From an uncultured delta proteobacterium (GTDB lineage Bacteria; Desulfobacterota; Binatia; UBA9968), in assembly GCA_963771465.1 (NCBI GenBank), contig CAVYTU010000015.1, positions 1,056,001 to 1,120,000 of the forward strand: a stretch of 64,000 nt of DNA, in the 5' to 3' direction. The position numbers and the translations under genes are program-made. Shown in pieces: positions 37,825 to 49,000 of the stretch (positions are counted from its first letter, which is position 1; each line of letters starts with the position of its first letter). The notes beneath the pieces were generated by a model that saw only the letters and a program-made list of their open reading frames with translations, searched no databases and was not told the origin of the DNA.

Positions 37825-39701
37825 ACCGGCATTCTCCTTCCTTGGTGAATAATACGGCTCGGCACATCCGTGAGACTCGTGGTCTTTTCATGCGTATTCA
37901 CCGAATCAGCGTCCGTGGCCGCTATAGCGCGCAAAATCTCATGGGCCAACTCTCTGACCGTCGACTGTGAAAAAATCGTCGCTATCGATAGATTTACGTC
38001 AAGCATGGCACGTATTCGCGCAATCACTTGAGTGGCGCGTAAAGAATCTCCACCGAGCGCGAAGAAATTATCCGTCGCACCGACTTGATCAACACCGAGA
38101 ACCTCGGCATAAATTTTCGCCATCGCCGCTTCGAGATCGTTCTGCAGCGTGTCGAACTGTCCTTTGAATTGATCGGCGAATTTTTCCGCCAGCCCAATGC
38201 GCTGGGTTTTGCCGGTGGCACTTTTGGGAATCTCGTCGACGAACAAGATACGGCTTGGGATTTTGTATGCGGCCAGCCGGCCGCTCAGGTATTCACGGAT
38301 TGCAGCTTCAGTTATCTGGTTTTTTTCACGCATGACGACGGCGGCTACAATATCCTCGCCTAGAGTTGAGTGAGTGACAGCAAACGCAATCGCCTGAGAA
38401 ATGTCTGGATGGTCTAAAAGGGCGTCATCGACTTCCCGTGGGGAGATTTTTTCTCCGCCCCGGTTGATGATTTCTTTGAGACGCCCAGTGATGATCAGAT
38501 AACTATCTTTGTCGAGATACCCCTGGTCGCCCGTCCGAAACCAACCCCGTACAAAGCTTTCGGTGTTGGACTCGAAACCGTTAATGTAACCTGCTGTGAC
38601 ATTAGCGCCGTGAATGACGATCTCGCCAATTTCTCCGGGGCATAGGAGGTTACCGGCTTCATCCATGATGGACACGTGCGGTCCCGCCGCCAATCCCACC
38701 GAACCGATCTTGCGCTGACCGGGCGGCAACGGATTGCTCGTCACTTGATGCGCCGCCTCAGTCATTCCGTATGACTCAATTACGGGCACCTCAAATATTT
38801 CCTCCAGACTCTGCAGGACTTGGGCGGGTAGCGCGGAAGATGAAGAGCGGATGAATCTCAGCGAATGTTTCCTAAGCGCCCTAGGATCCGCTCGTGCGCC
38901 CGAGATTACAGCGTGATGAATCGTCGGAACCGCCGTGTACCATGTCGGACGAAAAGCTTCTAACCACGGGAAAAACTGTTCGACGTCGAAGCCGGAAGTG
39001 CAGATGACGCCCGCACCGGCCATTACCGATGAAAGTAGCGCGCCCACAAGTCCATGAATGTGAAACAACGGCATCAGGTTGAGACAGCGATCTGTTTCGC
39101 TCAGCCGCAACGTAGCTGTGATGTTACCCGCTGACGCTAAAAGATTGGCATGAGTCAAGGGAACCATCTTGGGGCGGGAAGTTGTCCCAGAGGTATGTAG
39201 GATCAGCGCGATATCGTCTGCTCGGGAAAAGTCAAAATCTGAATTTTGCGGCTGCCCGATTGCTCTTAGAGCAAAGATACCTGCGGCTGCTTCAGCGTCT
39301 GGAACTAATTCGATGACCGAAATTCCGAACGTTTCAGCTATGGCGAAGGCCGCAGAATTCATGCCCGATTGAACAATCAACGCTTTTGGCTTGAGGTCGG
39401 CAAGATAAAATTCGAATTCATTGCGGCTATAAGCAGGATTCAACGGCGCACAAATCGCGCTGGCGGCGACGCCAAGAAATGCCGCCGCCATCTCTGGACC
39501 ATTGGGCAGCACGATGGCGACTCGGTCGGTCGAGCGGATTCCTTTGGCAATCAACGATCTCACAACGCTATCGACCTGACTGAGCAGGTCACGGTAAGTA
39601 AGAGAGCGTCGGCCCGGCGCGCAAACTGCTACCGCTTCCGGAGCGTGCCTAGCCCGCGCTCTGAGTAGCTCATAGATTGTATGGTATTTTTCGTCGTGCA
39701 T
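37821..39701 (-). CDS. oxalate-CoA-ligase-like (AAE3/Pcs60-type) adenylating enzyme fused to a carrier (T) domain
   Basis: APLNPAY, LHTSGTTSRPK, MPLFHIHGL, WYTAVPTIH, FIRSSSS, YGMTEAAHQVTSNPLPP, INRGGEKISP, PKSATGK; C-terminal NFFALGGDSL. Confidence 0.85.
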   Translation of the reverse strand: MHDEKYHTIYELLRARARHAPEAVAVCAPGRRSLTYRDLLSQVDSVVRSLIAKGIRSTDRVAIVLPNGPEMAAAFLGVAASAICAPLNPAYSRNEFEFYLADLKPKALIVQSGMNSAAFAIAETFGISVIELVPDAEAAAGIFALRAIGQPQNSDFDFSRADDIALILHTSGTTSRPKMVPLTHANLLASAGNITATLRLSETDRCLNLMPLFHIHGLVGALLSSVMAGAGVICTSGFDVEQFFPWLEAFRPTWYTAVPTIHHAVISGARADPRALRKHSLRFIRSSSSALPAQVLQSLEEIFEVPVIESYGMTEAAHQVTSNPLPPGQRKIGSVGLAAGPHVSIMDEAGNLLCPGEIGEIVIHGANVTAGYINGFESNTESFVRGWFRTGDQGYLDKDSYLIITGRLKEIINRGGEKISPREVDDALLDHPDISQAIAFAVTHSTLGEDIVAAVVMREKNQITEAAIREYLSGRLAAYKIPSRILFVDEIPKSATGKTQRIGLAEKFADQFKGQFDTLQNDLEAAMAKIYAEVLGVDQVGATDNFFALGGDSLRATQVIARIRAMLDVNLSIATIFSQSTVRELAHEILRAIAATDADSVNTHEKTTSLTDVPSRIIHQGRRMPV

Positions 39702-39804
39702 ATTTTTTCGAACTCAGGACCAACCGTAGCCGGTTGCTTGTTTGAAACCTCCGGCACAAGAAAAATCGATTGACGTCGGCAACAGATTTCTCATGGTGAT
39801 GCCT

Positions 39805-40070
39805 CTAACTAACCGTTTCCTTGGCGACCGACTGTTCCGCGTGTTTCTCTGCCATCGCCTCGACCTCGCGGAGCATTGCACTAGTTCTGGCCCAGACTTT
39901 CCATGGTCCGGCAAGACGTCTCGATCCAGTTTGCCAGGCGCAACAGGTCTGCTGGTCTTGAAAACTCCTAGCATTGTAGCAATGGCATCAGCCTCGTGAT
40001 CGACCAACGCAGCGACTGGTTCCTTCTTCGCTCCACTCCGGCAGAATTTTAAACGTAACTTGGTTGACAT
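39805..40070 (-). pseudogene. internally collapsed relic of an A-T didomain paralog
   Basis: Contains KKEPVAALVDHEADAIATMLGVFK (compare EPIALLFDHDIEVVCAILGVLK in 44047..46035), PGKLDRDVLPD (A10-like) and, after a frameshift, MLREVEAMAEKHAEQSVA (shared tail, 39876-39805). Confidence 0.7.
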
Positions 40071-42055
40071 TATTCATCTTCATCGGCCCGTCCGCTTCGC
40101 GCATTTTCCTGCGCCAGCCGTTTATTAGCTTCTTCATCCGACATCATTTCAATTTCGCTCAACATGCGTTCGAGCTCTTTCTCACCTAGCTGTTTTCCCT
40201 GATGCTCCGCAATCACGGCTGCCATCTCCGCGACCGTGGGCGAGTGAAACAAAGATTGAAGCGGTATCTCCAATTGGAATTGCTTGATGACTTGGGAAAC
40301 CACCCGCATCGCTGCGAGGGAATGACCTCCTAGGTCGAAGAAGTTGTCATGGATGCCGATTTGATCGAGTCCTAATACTTCTGCCCAAATGCTCGCCAAC
40401 AGCTGTTCGACGGGAGTTCTAGACGCGACAAACGGAGTATCGAGTTCCGGCCGACTCTTGTCGGCAGCGGGAAGCGCTCGTCGGTCTACCTTGCCGATTC
40501 CAATCACCGGCAGCTTGTCGAGAAAAACAAATGTCGACGGCACCATATACTCAGCAAGGCTTGCGGCAAGTGCAGTCCGAAGTTGGTTGGCAGTGGGCCC
40601 TGGAACGTTCCGCGCAGCGATGTAAGCCACGAGACGCTTGTCACCGGCGCCGTCCTCAACCGCAATAACCGCTGCTTCTCTCACTGTCTCAAGATTTAGC
40701 AGGGCGGTTTCTATTGCGGCCATCTCGACTTTGTTGCCTCTAATTTTGACTTGAAAATCTTTCCGCCCTAAATACGTGAGGCAGCCACCAGGACTCATCG
40801 TGCCCATGTCGCCGGTATGATAGACGCGTACTTGGTCGTTTAATGAATTTACTTGAAAGGCAGCGCGAGTCCGGTCCGGTTGCTGCCAATACCCCGGAGA
40901 CAAATGACGACTTATCACAACGATTTCGCCGAGCTGGCCAAAACTGACCGGATTGCCGCTTTCGTCGACGAGTTGAATTACTTTGCCTTTATCCGTGTAT
41001 CCCACTGGGACAATGTGATTCGAGATGACGGTCGCTTTGTCCATCAAATATTGACTAGAGTGTCCGGCTTCATTCGGACCATAGCGGTTGACGAATATGC
41101 AGTTGTCGGAGAAATGTTTTTGATAGAGCTCAAAATCGCTCTTGTGTAGCGTCTCGCCGATTACCTTTATCAGGCGCAGGCGGGGAAATTGCTCGTGAGA
41201 AGTCAGCGTGCCCGCGAAGTTGCGAAAGGCCGACGCCACGCAATTGAAAATCGTGATCTCTTCTTCCATCAGCCGACGGCCCAAGCCAGCAAAGCCTTCT
41301 TGCCGGATATCTATTGGGTAAACGACAGCACCATTGAGGAGGGCACGAAGGACATCTCTTCCGGACGAAGCGACAAACGTCAATTTATCCTCGGCACAGA
41401 TATGAAAGTTGTTGGTGTCTTTCATCGTGTGATACAGCAGATTGCGATGATTCTCGGTCACACCTTTCGGCCGACCGGTGGAACCAGAAGTGTAAAATAT
41501 GATAGCAAGCGTATCCGGCGACAGCGGGAGAGATGGACATTTGTCATTCGGGTTATTCCCTAACTCGTCGATATTGAAGCATCGATCATGCCCGGCCAAG
41601 TCATTAGCCAATACGAGACCTGAGTGATCGGTGACAAGAAGACGAGCTTGCAGGTCCTGGAACATGAGCGACAGCTGGGCCGGAGGGAGCGCCGGGTCCA
41701 ACGGCACGCAGATTTTCCCAGCCTTCAGATTCGCTAGCAATGCGGTCACAAACGCAACACCTTTGGGGAAAAGTAAACCGATCGGCTCCGGGGTCTCGCC
41801 GCACCGCACAAGAATAGCTTGAGCGATGCGATTAGCAGCGCGATTTAACTCGGCATAAGTGAGCTGTTCCGTCTTCGACTTGACCGCAATCCGATGGGGA
41901 TACCGCTGCGCAATCTTCTCGAACCGTGCCGGGATCGACTGCTCGACTTCTTCCTTCGGAAACTCCACAAACGTGCCCGACGGGTGAAAACACTTGTCCT
42001 GGATCGCCTGCTGCTCCGGCGGAAGTAAGAAACCTTGATTCGAACAGTCATTCAT
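40070..42055 (-). CDS. stand-alone A-T didomain (paralog 7 of 7)
   Basis: LPPEQQAIQDKCFHPSGTFVEFP; YTSGSTGRPKG; YGPNE; LPVIGIGKVDR; GGHSL; ELERMLSEIEMMSDEEA. Start at ATG 42055 (GGGAG RBS, overlaps the upstream stop). Confidence 0.9.
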   Translation of the reverse strand: MNDCSNQGFLLPPEQQAIQDKCFHPSGTFVEFPKEEVEQSIPARFEKIAQRYPHRIAVKSKTEQLTYAELNRAANRIAQAILVRCGETPEPIGLLFPKGVAFVTALLANLKAGKICVPLDPALPPAQLSLMFQDLQARLLVTDHSGLVLANDLAGHDRCFNIDELGNNPNDKCPSLPLSPDTLAIIFYTSGSTGRPKGVTENHRNLLYHTMKDTNNFHICAEDKLTFVASSGRDVLRALLNGAVVYPIDIRQEGFAGLGRRLMEEEITIFNCVASAFRNFAGTLTSHEQFPRLRLIKVIGETLHKSDFELYQKHFSDNCIFVNRYGPNEAGHSSQYLMDKATVISNHIVPVGYTDKGKVIQLVDESGNPVSFGQLGEIVVISRHLSPGYWQQPDRTRAAFQVNSLNDQVRVYHTGDMGTMSPGGCLTYLGRKDFQVKIRGNKVEMAAIETALLNLETVREAAVIAVEDGAGDKRLVAYIAARNVPGPTANQLRTALAASLAEYMVPSTFVFLDKLPVIGIGKVDRRALPAADKSRPELDTPFVASRTPVEQLLASIWAEVLGLDQIGIHDNFFDLGGHSLAAMRVVSQVIKQFQLEIPLQSLFHSPTVAEMAAVIAEHQGKQLGEKELERMLSEIEMMSDEEANKRLAQENARSGRADEDE

Positions 42056-44039
42056 GTCGATCTCCCGTGAAGCTTGGCACGCTTCCCCGAGCAAGCTGTT
42101 TCTGCGCTTCTTCCTCCGTCATGGCTTCTACCTCGCATAGCATCCGCGTCAACTCTGCGTTACTTGCCTGCCTCAATTTGTTCTGCGTGATAATTGCTGC
42201 CATCCAGGCGACTGTAGGTGCATCGAAGAGCGCCTTAACCGGTAGCTCCAGCTGAAATGTTTGGATTACCCTAGCGATCACCCGGGAAGCTGCCAGCGAA
42301 TGACCGCCAAGATCGAAGAAGTTGTCATGGATGCCGATGGGACGGATATCCAAGATTTCTTCCCACACTGCTACTAGCTGCTGTTCAGCTGCATTAGTGG
42401 CCAAGACGTACGCATTGCCGAGGTTAGGGCGTACGCGTTCGGGCCGCGGCAGTGAGCGCCGGTCAAGCTTGCCGTTCGTTTGGGGAAGAGCATCTAGGAA
42501 TTGGAAAGTGGAGGGAATCGCGGATGCTGGGAGCTTATTTCTCAGGAAGTTTGCGATTTCACGCACGGTGAGAACGAAATGTTTTCGAGGAACAACATAG
42601 GCAATAAGTTGCTTCTCACCGTCAACTCTATCCCAGGGAACAACAGCGGTATCCATTACACCGGGATGCTCCATTAACGTCATTTCAATCTCGACGACTG
42701 AAACTCGAAAGCCGCGAATTTTGACGACGAAGTCCTTACGACCAACGTGAATCAAAAAACCGTCACGCGTCGTTCGCCCGAGATCGCCGGTAAGGTAAAT
42801 TGGGGCGCTTGTATTCTTCAAATCCTGAGTTGTCCCGGTTTGCAGTGGAAAAGGAAGGTTCAGATATCGACTCCGAACTGCGATTTCTCCAACCTGCCCC
42901 GCTTCCACTTCATTGCCAATCTCGTCGACTATAAGCACCTCTCTCCCGGGACGGGGATAGCCAACCGGAACGCCACTATCCGGAAGCCTGAAATCCCGGT
43001 CGACAATAAAAGACGAAAATGTATGTGTTTCCGTGGAGCCTATAGAAATCTCGAAGACCGTTGTGGCCGGAAAATGCGCTCTATAAAGGTCTATTTCCAA
43101 CTTGGATACGGGCGCTCCCGATAGATTGATCAAACGTAGCGTGGAAAGATCTATGTCGTCCGAGAGTGATTGCGCGAGCTGGCGAAAAACCAACGGAGTA
43201 GAATGAAAGGCAGTGATTTGCTCTTCATGTAACCATGGCGCAATCCGTATTACTCCCTCTGACTTAATGTCGAAAGGATGGATAGATGCTCCGTTCAGTA
43301 GGGACTGGTAAAGGTTTACGTGTGACGATCCAAAACCAATGCAGTGAAATAGGGTGAGCTTGTCGTCCGCGCGGATGCGATTCACATGACCGTGAACTAT
43401 ACCATTGAAAACAATATTCCTATGCGGACAAACGACACCCTTCGGTTTCCCAGTCGAACCTGATGTATACAGCAGGCATGCCAAGTCCTGTGCGGTCACC
43501 CCGAGATTGAGATTCTCGGAAGGTGTTGATTGAGCGATTTCGTCGATATTCAGCAAAGAAGTCGCATTTAGGACCGTGTCATTCGCCAGCTCCCAATTGT
43601 GGCAATTCGACACGACCATGCCCACGCCAGCGTCCTCTACCATCCGATAATTCTTATCCTGGGGAAACGATGGATCTAATCCTAAGTAGAACTTGCCTGC
43701 CTTCAAAACTCCCAAGATGGCAGGAATCATGTCGATGCCATGTTCAAACAGCAGCGCTATGGGCTCGCTTAGGGCGCCTCGCTTAGCCAAAAGGACGCGT
43801 GCGACGCGGTTGGCAGCACTGTTCAGTTGATCGTAGGTTAACGATCGGTTTTTGTCCTTGACGGCCAATCGGTCCGGATACATGCGCACGATCTTTTCAA
43901 ACCGCGTCGGAATCGATTGCTCAACGTTCTCGATCGGAAACTCGACGAATGCCTCCGACAGATGAGAATACTTGTCCCGGATCACCTGCTGCCCCGGCGA
44001 AAGTTTGAAGCTATGATTGACGGTATCGCTCATATCCAT
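42048..44039 (-). CDS. stand-alone A-T didomain (paralog 6)
   Basis: YTSGSTGKPKG; IGSTET; NGKLDRR; GGHSL; ELTRMLCEVEAMTEEEAQKQLA. Start at 44039 or 44033. Confidence 0.9.
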   Translation of the reverse strand: MDMSDTVNHSFKLSPGQQVIRDKYSHLSEAFVEFPIENVEQSIPTRFEKIVRMYPDRLAVKDKNRSLTYDQLNSAANRVARVLLAKRGALSEPIALLFEHGIDMIPAILGVLKAGKFYLGLDPSFPQDKNYRMVEDAGVGMVVSNCHNWELANDTVLNATSLLNIDEIAQSTPSENLNLGVTAQDLACLLYTSGSTGKPKGVVCPHRNIVFNGIVHGHVNRIRADDKLTLFHCIGFGSSHVNLYQSLLNGASIHPFDIKSEGVIRIAPWLHEEQITAFHSTPLVFRQLAQSLSDDIDLSTLRLINLSGAPVSKLEIDLYRAHFPATTVFEISIGSTETHTFSSFIVDRDFRLPDSGVPVGYPRPGREVLIVDEIGNEVEAGQVGEIAVRSRYLNLPFPLQTGTTQDLKNTSAPIYLTGDLGRTTRDGFLIHVGRKDFVVKIRGFRVSVVEIEMTLMEHPGVMDTAVVPWDRVDGEKQLIAYVVPRKHFVLTVREIANFLRNKLPASAIPSTFQFLDALPQTNGKLDRRSLPRPERVRPNLGNAYVLATNAAEQQLVAVWEEILDIRPIGIHDNFFDLGGHSLAASRVIARVIQTFQLELPVKALFDAPTVAWMAAIITQNKLRQASNAELTRMLCEVEAMTEEEAQKQLARGSVPSFTGDRHE

Positions 44040-44046
44040 CTGGCGT

Positions 44047-46035
44047 TTAGCTTCGCTCGCTTTTCCCAGCAAGCTGTTTCTGCGCTTCCTCCTCGGTCAT
44101 CGCCTCCACCTCACTTAACATGCGATTGAGCGCGTCTTCGCTTGCCTGCTTGGTTTCGTTCTGCATGATGATGGCCGCCATCTCAGCTACCGTCGGCGAT
44201 TCGAAGAGCGCTTTGATCGGCAGCTCAAATCGGAATTGTCTAATGACTTGAGAAACCACCCTTGTCGCAATCAGAGAATGTCCGCCTAGGTCGAAGAAAT
44301 TGTCGTGGATGCCCACACAATCTAGACCAAGGGCCTCCGCCCAAATCCGCTCTAACATTCGCTCATTGAGACTGCCTGGAGCGACATAGGGTTCGGCGAG
44401 CTGCGGTCGCTTCAACTCCGGCACCGGCAACCTCGCACGGTCGACCTTGCCATTCACGAGCGGTAACGAATCCAGAAAAACGTAATTTGATGGGATCATG
44501 TAGTCCGGTATTCTAGTTCTAAGGAATTTATTGATTTCATTGACGGTCGGTGACGGTGAGACATGGGGTACAAGGTACCCAACAAGGGACATCTCACCCC
44601 GCCCTAGATCCCGCGCCACCACTGCAGCATTTTTAACTTTAGCGAATTCGGCTAGTGCGCTTTCAGCTTCGCCAATATTCACACGGTATCCCCGTATCTT
44701 GACCATGTGATCTTTACGACCAAGATGAATCATGAAACCATCAGGCAATATACGGCCAAGATCGCCGGTCATATGGGTTCGCTCTGCGCCACCAGCCGGA
44801 TCAGGAAAATGCCTGTCACGCTCAGGTTGTGACCGTCTCCAGTAGCCTCGTGGCATATATCGGCTCTTAACTACGATCTCACCGACCTCGCCACGCCCTA
44901 CTTCCTTGCCAGCATCGTCGAGTAGGACAACATGTTTGTCTGGTGCTGGATACCCCAGCAAGGTGCCTTCATTGGGAAATTTGAACTTCGCATCGACAAC
45001 GGCGGTACTAATTACCAGTGTCTCGGTTGATCCCATATGTAGTCCTAAAAAACTATCGGACGCGAAAACTTGCCGGTAAAGCTCGAAGTGCTTACGAGTT
45101 ATGGGTGAACCCGATAGATGTACAATCCGAAGATCTGGAAATGAGCCATCATGGGTAAGCAGGTTTGCGAGTTCGCTAAAGACTGCCACGGATAGATGGC
45201 ATACCGTAATCTTCTCTTCTCGAAGCCAACTCGCCAACCGCTTAATCCCATCGGATCTAAGGTCGAAGGGGAATAGCGCCGCGCCGTTCAAAAGCGAGCC
45301 ATACAAATGGATCTCGCCCGATGCGAAACTAACGGAATGTACTAGACTCAATCGATCAGCAGCAGAGATATGGTTTTGACCATTCGTGAAAACCATGACG
45401 TTGTGAAGACGGCAGCGATGCGTTTCGATGACACCTTTGGGGTTACCTGTCGAACCAGAAGTGTAAGTTATCGTTGACAGATCATCAGGCGACACGGCTA
45501 TCTTCGGCTCTTCGAACGGCAATGAGTTGGGCAATTCGTCGATGTTGAGTGTTGCGCGGGTATTGCCGCGCAGTTGCCGAACTAAATATGACTTGCGCTC
45601 ATGGGTCACTATCCATCTGCATTCCGTCTCGTCAAGAATGTATGCGAGTCTTTGAAGCGGAGCCGACGGATCGAGAGCGATGTAAAATTTGCCAGCTTTC
45701 AAAACTCCGAGGATAGCGCAGACGACCTCGATGTCATGATCAAACAAGAGCGCGATGGGTTCGCTTCTCTTGCCGCAACTTTCCAGAATTGCCCACGCAA
45801 TCCGATTCGCTTCCTTGTTCAGTTGGTCATAGGTAAGCGCTCGATTCCCCTTCTTGATCGCGAGCCGATCCGGATACATTCGCACGATCTTCTCAAACCT
45901 CGCCGGGATCGACGTCTCGACGTCTTCGATCGGAAACTCGACGAACGTTCCCGAGGGATGAAAACACTTATCCCGAATCGCCTGCTGTTCGGGCGGCAGT
46001 TGGAAGCCCTGTCTTTGCGCGTCACTCATAACCAT
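44047..46035 (-). CDS. stand-alone A-T didomain (paralog 5)
   Basis: LPPEQQAIRDKCFHPSGTFVEFP; YTSGSTGNPKG; MGSTET; GGHSL; ALNRMLSEVEAMTEEEAQKQLA. Confidence 0.9.
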   Translation of the reverse strand: MVMSDAQRQGFQLPPEQQAIRDKCFHPSGTFVEFPIEDVETSIPARFEKIVRMYPDRLAIKKGNRALTYDQLNKEANRIAWAILESCGKRSEPIALLFDHDIEVVCAILGVLKAGKFYIALDPSAPLQRLAYILDETECRWIVTHERKSYLVRQLRGNTRATLNIDELPNSLPFEEPKIAVSPDDLSTITYTSGSTGNPKGVIETHRCRLHNVMVFTNGQNHISAADRLSLVHSVSFASGEIHLYGSLLNGAALFPFDLRSDGIKRLASWLREEKITVCHLSVAVFSELANLLTHDGSFPDLRIVHLSGSPITRKHFELYRQVFASDSFLGLHMGSTETLVISTAVVDAKFKFPNEGTLLGYPAPDKHVVLLDDAGKEVGRGEVGEIVVKSRYMPRGYWRRSQPERDRHFPDPAGGAERTHMTGDLGRILPDGFMIHLGRKDHMVKIRGYRVNIGEAESALAEFAKVKNAAVVARDLGRGEMSLVGYLVPHVSPSPTVNEINKFLRTRIPDYMIPSNYVFLDSLPLVNGKVDRARLPVPELKRPQLAEPYVAPGSLNERMLERIWAEALGLDCVGIHDNFFDLGGHSLIATRVVSQVIRQFRFELPIKALFESPTVAEMAAIIMQNETKQASEDALNRMLSEVEAMTEEEAQKQLAGKSERS

Positions 46036-46048
46036 CTCTGTTGCGTCA

Positions 46049-49000
46049 TCACGTCGTTAGCATTTTCTGCGCGTCTTCCTCCGTCGTCGCTTCTACCTCC
46101 CCCAGCAGCTGCGCTAGCTCGGCCTCGCTTGCCTGCTTCCATTGGCTCTGCGTGATTACATCCGCCATCTCGGCTACCGTCGGCGACTCGAACATGTGGC
46201 GGAGCGGCAGGTCGATGGAAAATGCACTGCGTATTCGCGACATGACTTGCGTGCCTAGTAACGAATGTCCTCCCACGTCGAAGAAGTTGTCGTAAATGCC
46301 GACCTTGTCGAGCTTGAGCACTTTGCCCCATATAGTAACGAGCGTTTCCTCGGTCGGTGTGCGCGGTGGCTGGTATACATTCGCCAATTGTAGTCCGTTT
46401 TGATCCGGCGCCGGTAGGGCTCGGCGGTCTACTTTGCCGCTTGGTGTCAACGGCAATTCATCCAATAACACCAAGGCGGCGGGAATCAGGTACTCAGGGA
46501 GTTTGTGCTTGAGATATTGTCTCACTTCAGCAGCGTCGAAGGTCTCTTTCAGACGCGCGACCACATAGCCCACCAGCCGCTTGTCTCCGGGCTCATCTTC
46601 TCGCACCACCACCACTGAACTCTGTACCATTGGGTGTTGAACGAGCACGGCTTCGATCTCGCCCAACTCGATACGATATCCTCGAATCTTGACCTGATCA
46701 TCCATGCGCCCGATAAACTCGATGTTGCCGTCGGGCAAGTATCGAGCGAGATCGCCGGTCTTGTATAAACGCCGAGCCGGCTCTCCTTCGAAGGAACGAT
46801 AAATGAACTTCTCTGCCATCAACTCCGGCTGGTTTAAATATCCCCGGGCTAAGCCCAATCCTCCTATGTGGATCTCTCCCACTACGCCGATGGGAACTGG
46901 CGCCAAGTACTGATCGAGTATATAAACCTGCGTGTTGGCAATCGGCCGGCCGATCGGCACGACTGTACGATCCCTATCCCCTCTGCACTTCCAGGCCGTA
47001 ACGTCGATGGAAGCCTCCGTCGGCCCATATAAATTATGAAGCGGTGCGCCGATGCGCTCAAAGAACAATTGCTGCAATTCGTAGGACAATGCCTCACCGC
47101 TACAAAACACTCGCTTCAGACTTGGGCAATTCTCGACGCCGGCTTCCTGCAAAAACACCCCGAGCATCGAGGGAACGAAATGCATCGTGGTAATCCGCTT
47201 TGACTGAATAACCTGGAGAAGATAGGCGCTATCTCGATGACCGCCCGGTCGAGCGATGACAAGAGTGGCGCCACTGATTAGCGGCCAGAAAAACTCCCAG
47301 ACCGATACGTCGAATGTGAATGGAGTCTTCTGTAAGACTCGATCCGCTGCGGTGAGCTGATAGCTCTCCTGCATCCACTGTAAACGATTGCGCAACCCGC
47401 CATGAACATTGATCACTCCCTTGGGCGTGCCAGTCGAGCCCGAGGTATAGATCGTGTAAGCAGCGGTTTCCCCGTCCACTTGGCTCTTGGGATTCTCTTG
47501 GCTCTCTCGCGAAAGTTCTTCCCAAGCGCTGTCCAAACAAATCCTTTGATCGACAAACTCTTCTAGATATGAGCTGAACCTTTCTTGGGTCAGTATCAGC
47601 GGGGTTTGCGTGTCCTGGAGCATGAACTTCAGCCGATCGGTTGGCGTGTCTGGATCGATTGGCACATAGGCGCCGCCTGCCTTCAGGACGCCGAGGATGG
47701 CGATCACCATCTCCAATGATCGCTCCATGAACACCGCAATTAGAGCTTCTGCTCTCACTCCCCGCTCGCCTAGATAGTGAGCTAATTGATTGGCTTTTTG
47801 ATTGAGCTCTCGGTAGGTCATCTGCTGGTCTTCATAAACAACCGCCACCGCTTCTGGAGTGCGCTCCACCTGCTCTTCAAATAACTCATGAATGCTCTGG
47901 TCTTTTGGATACTCTGCTCTCGTGTCGTTCCACTTCACCAAAAGCTGATGCTTCTCGGCATCATTGAGCAACGGTAGTTTGCTAATCCGCTGCTCTGGAT
48001 TGGCCACAATCCCTTCTAGCAACCTCTCAAAATGTCCGAACATCCGCTCGATCGTCGCGGCTTCGAAAAGTTCCCTTCGGTACTCGATGCGCACCGTCAT
48101 CTCGCGCTCGTGTTCGATAAATGCCGCGGCGAGATCGAATTTTGCAGTGGAAGAATTGATTTCGACAGGAGTCACTTTTAGTTCTGGTATATCGAGATTG
48201 GATTGTGGAACATTCTGAACTGCTAAACTAACTTGAAATAGCGGCGTCTGGCTCTGACTGCGCTCAGGATTGAGTTCCTCGACGAGTTTCTCAAAAGGCA
48301 AGTCTTGGTGCTCATAGGCCTGTAACGCAGTAATTCGCACGCGAGACAAAAGTTCTTTAAACGTCGGATCGCCGGAAAGTTTGGTACGCAGCACTAACGT
48401 GTTGACGAAGAATCCGATCAGTCCTTCCGTTTCCGTTCGCGTCCGCCCGGCGATCGGCGAACCAACAGCAATATCGTCTTGGCCGGTGTAGCGATGGAGC
48501 AAGACTTGGAACGCCGCGAGCAACGTCATGAACAGAGTTGCGCCCTGTTGACTGCTTAGCGCCTTTAACCGATCGATGAGAGTTTTGGGCAGCGTGAGAG
48601 TCTTTTTCGCGCCAGAATCTTTCGCCAACCCTCCACGAGGTCGGTCCGTCGGCAAGTTGAGAGTTGGAACATCTTCCAGTTGCCCTTTCCAATAGGCGAG
48701 CTGTTTCTCCAATACTTCGCCCTGCAGCCATTCCCGCTGCCACACCGCGTAGTCAGCGTATTGAACCGGCAGTCCGGAAAGCGGGTTGGGCCGACCTTGG
48801 CTAACCGAGTTGTAGAGACTGGCGAGCTCACGGGAAAAAACGCCCCTTGACCAACCATCGGACGCGATATGATGTATGACCGCAACTAGAACATGCGAAA
48901 TCGGGCTCAATCTGATCAGCGCCAACCGAAGCGGCAAATCATTGATTAGGTCGAAGGGCCGCGTTTTGAGTTCCAACGCGAGGCGTTGGACTTGGACGTC

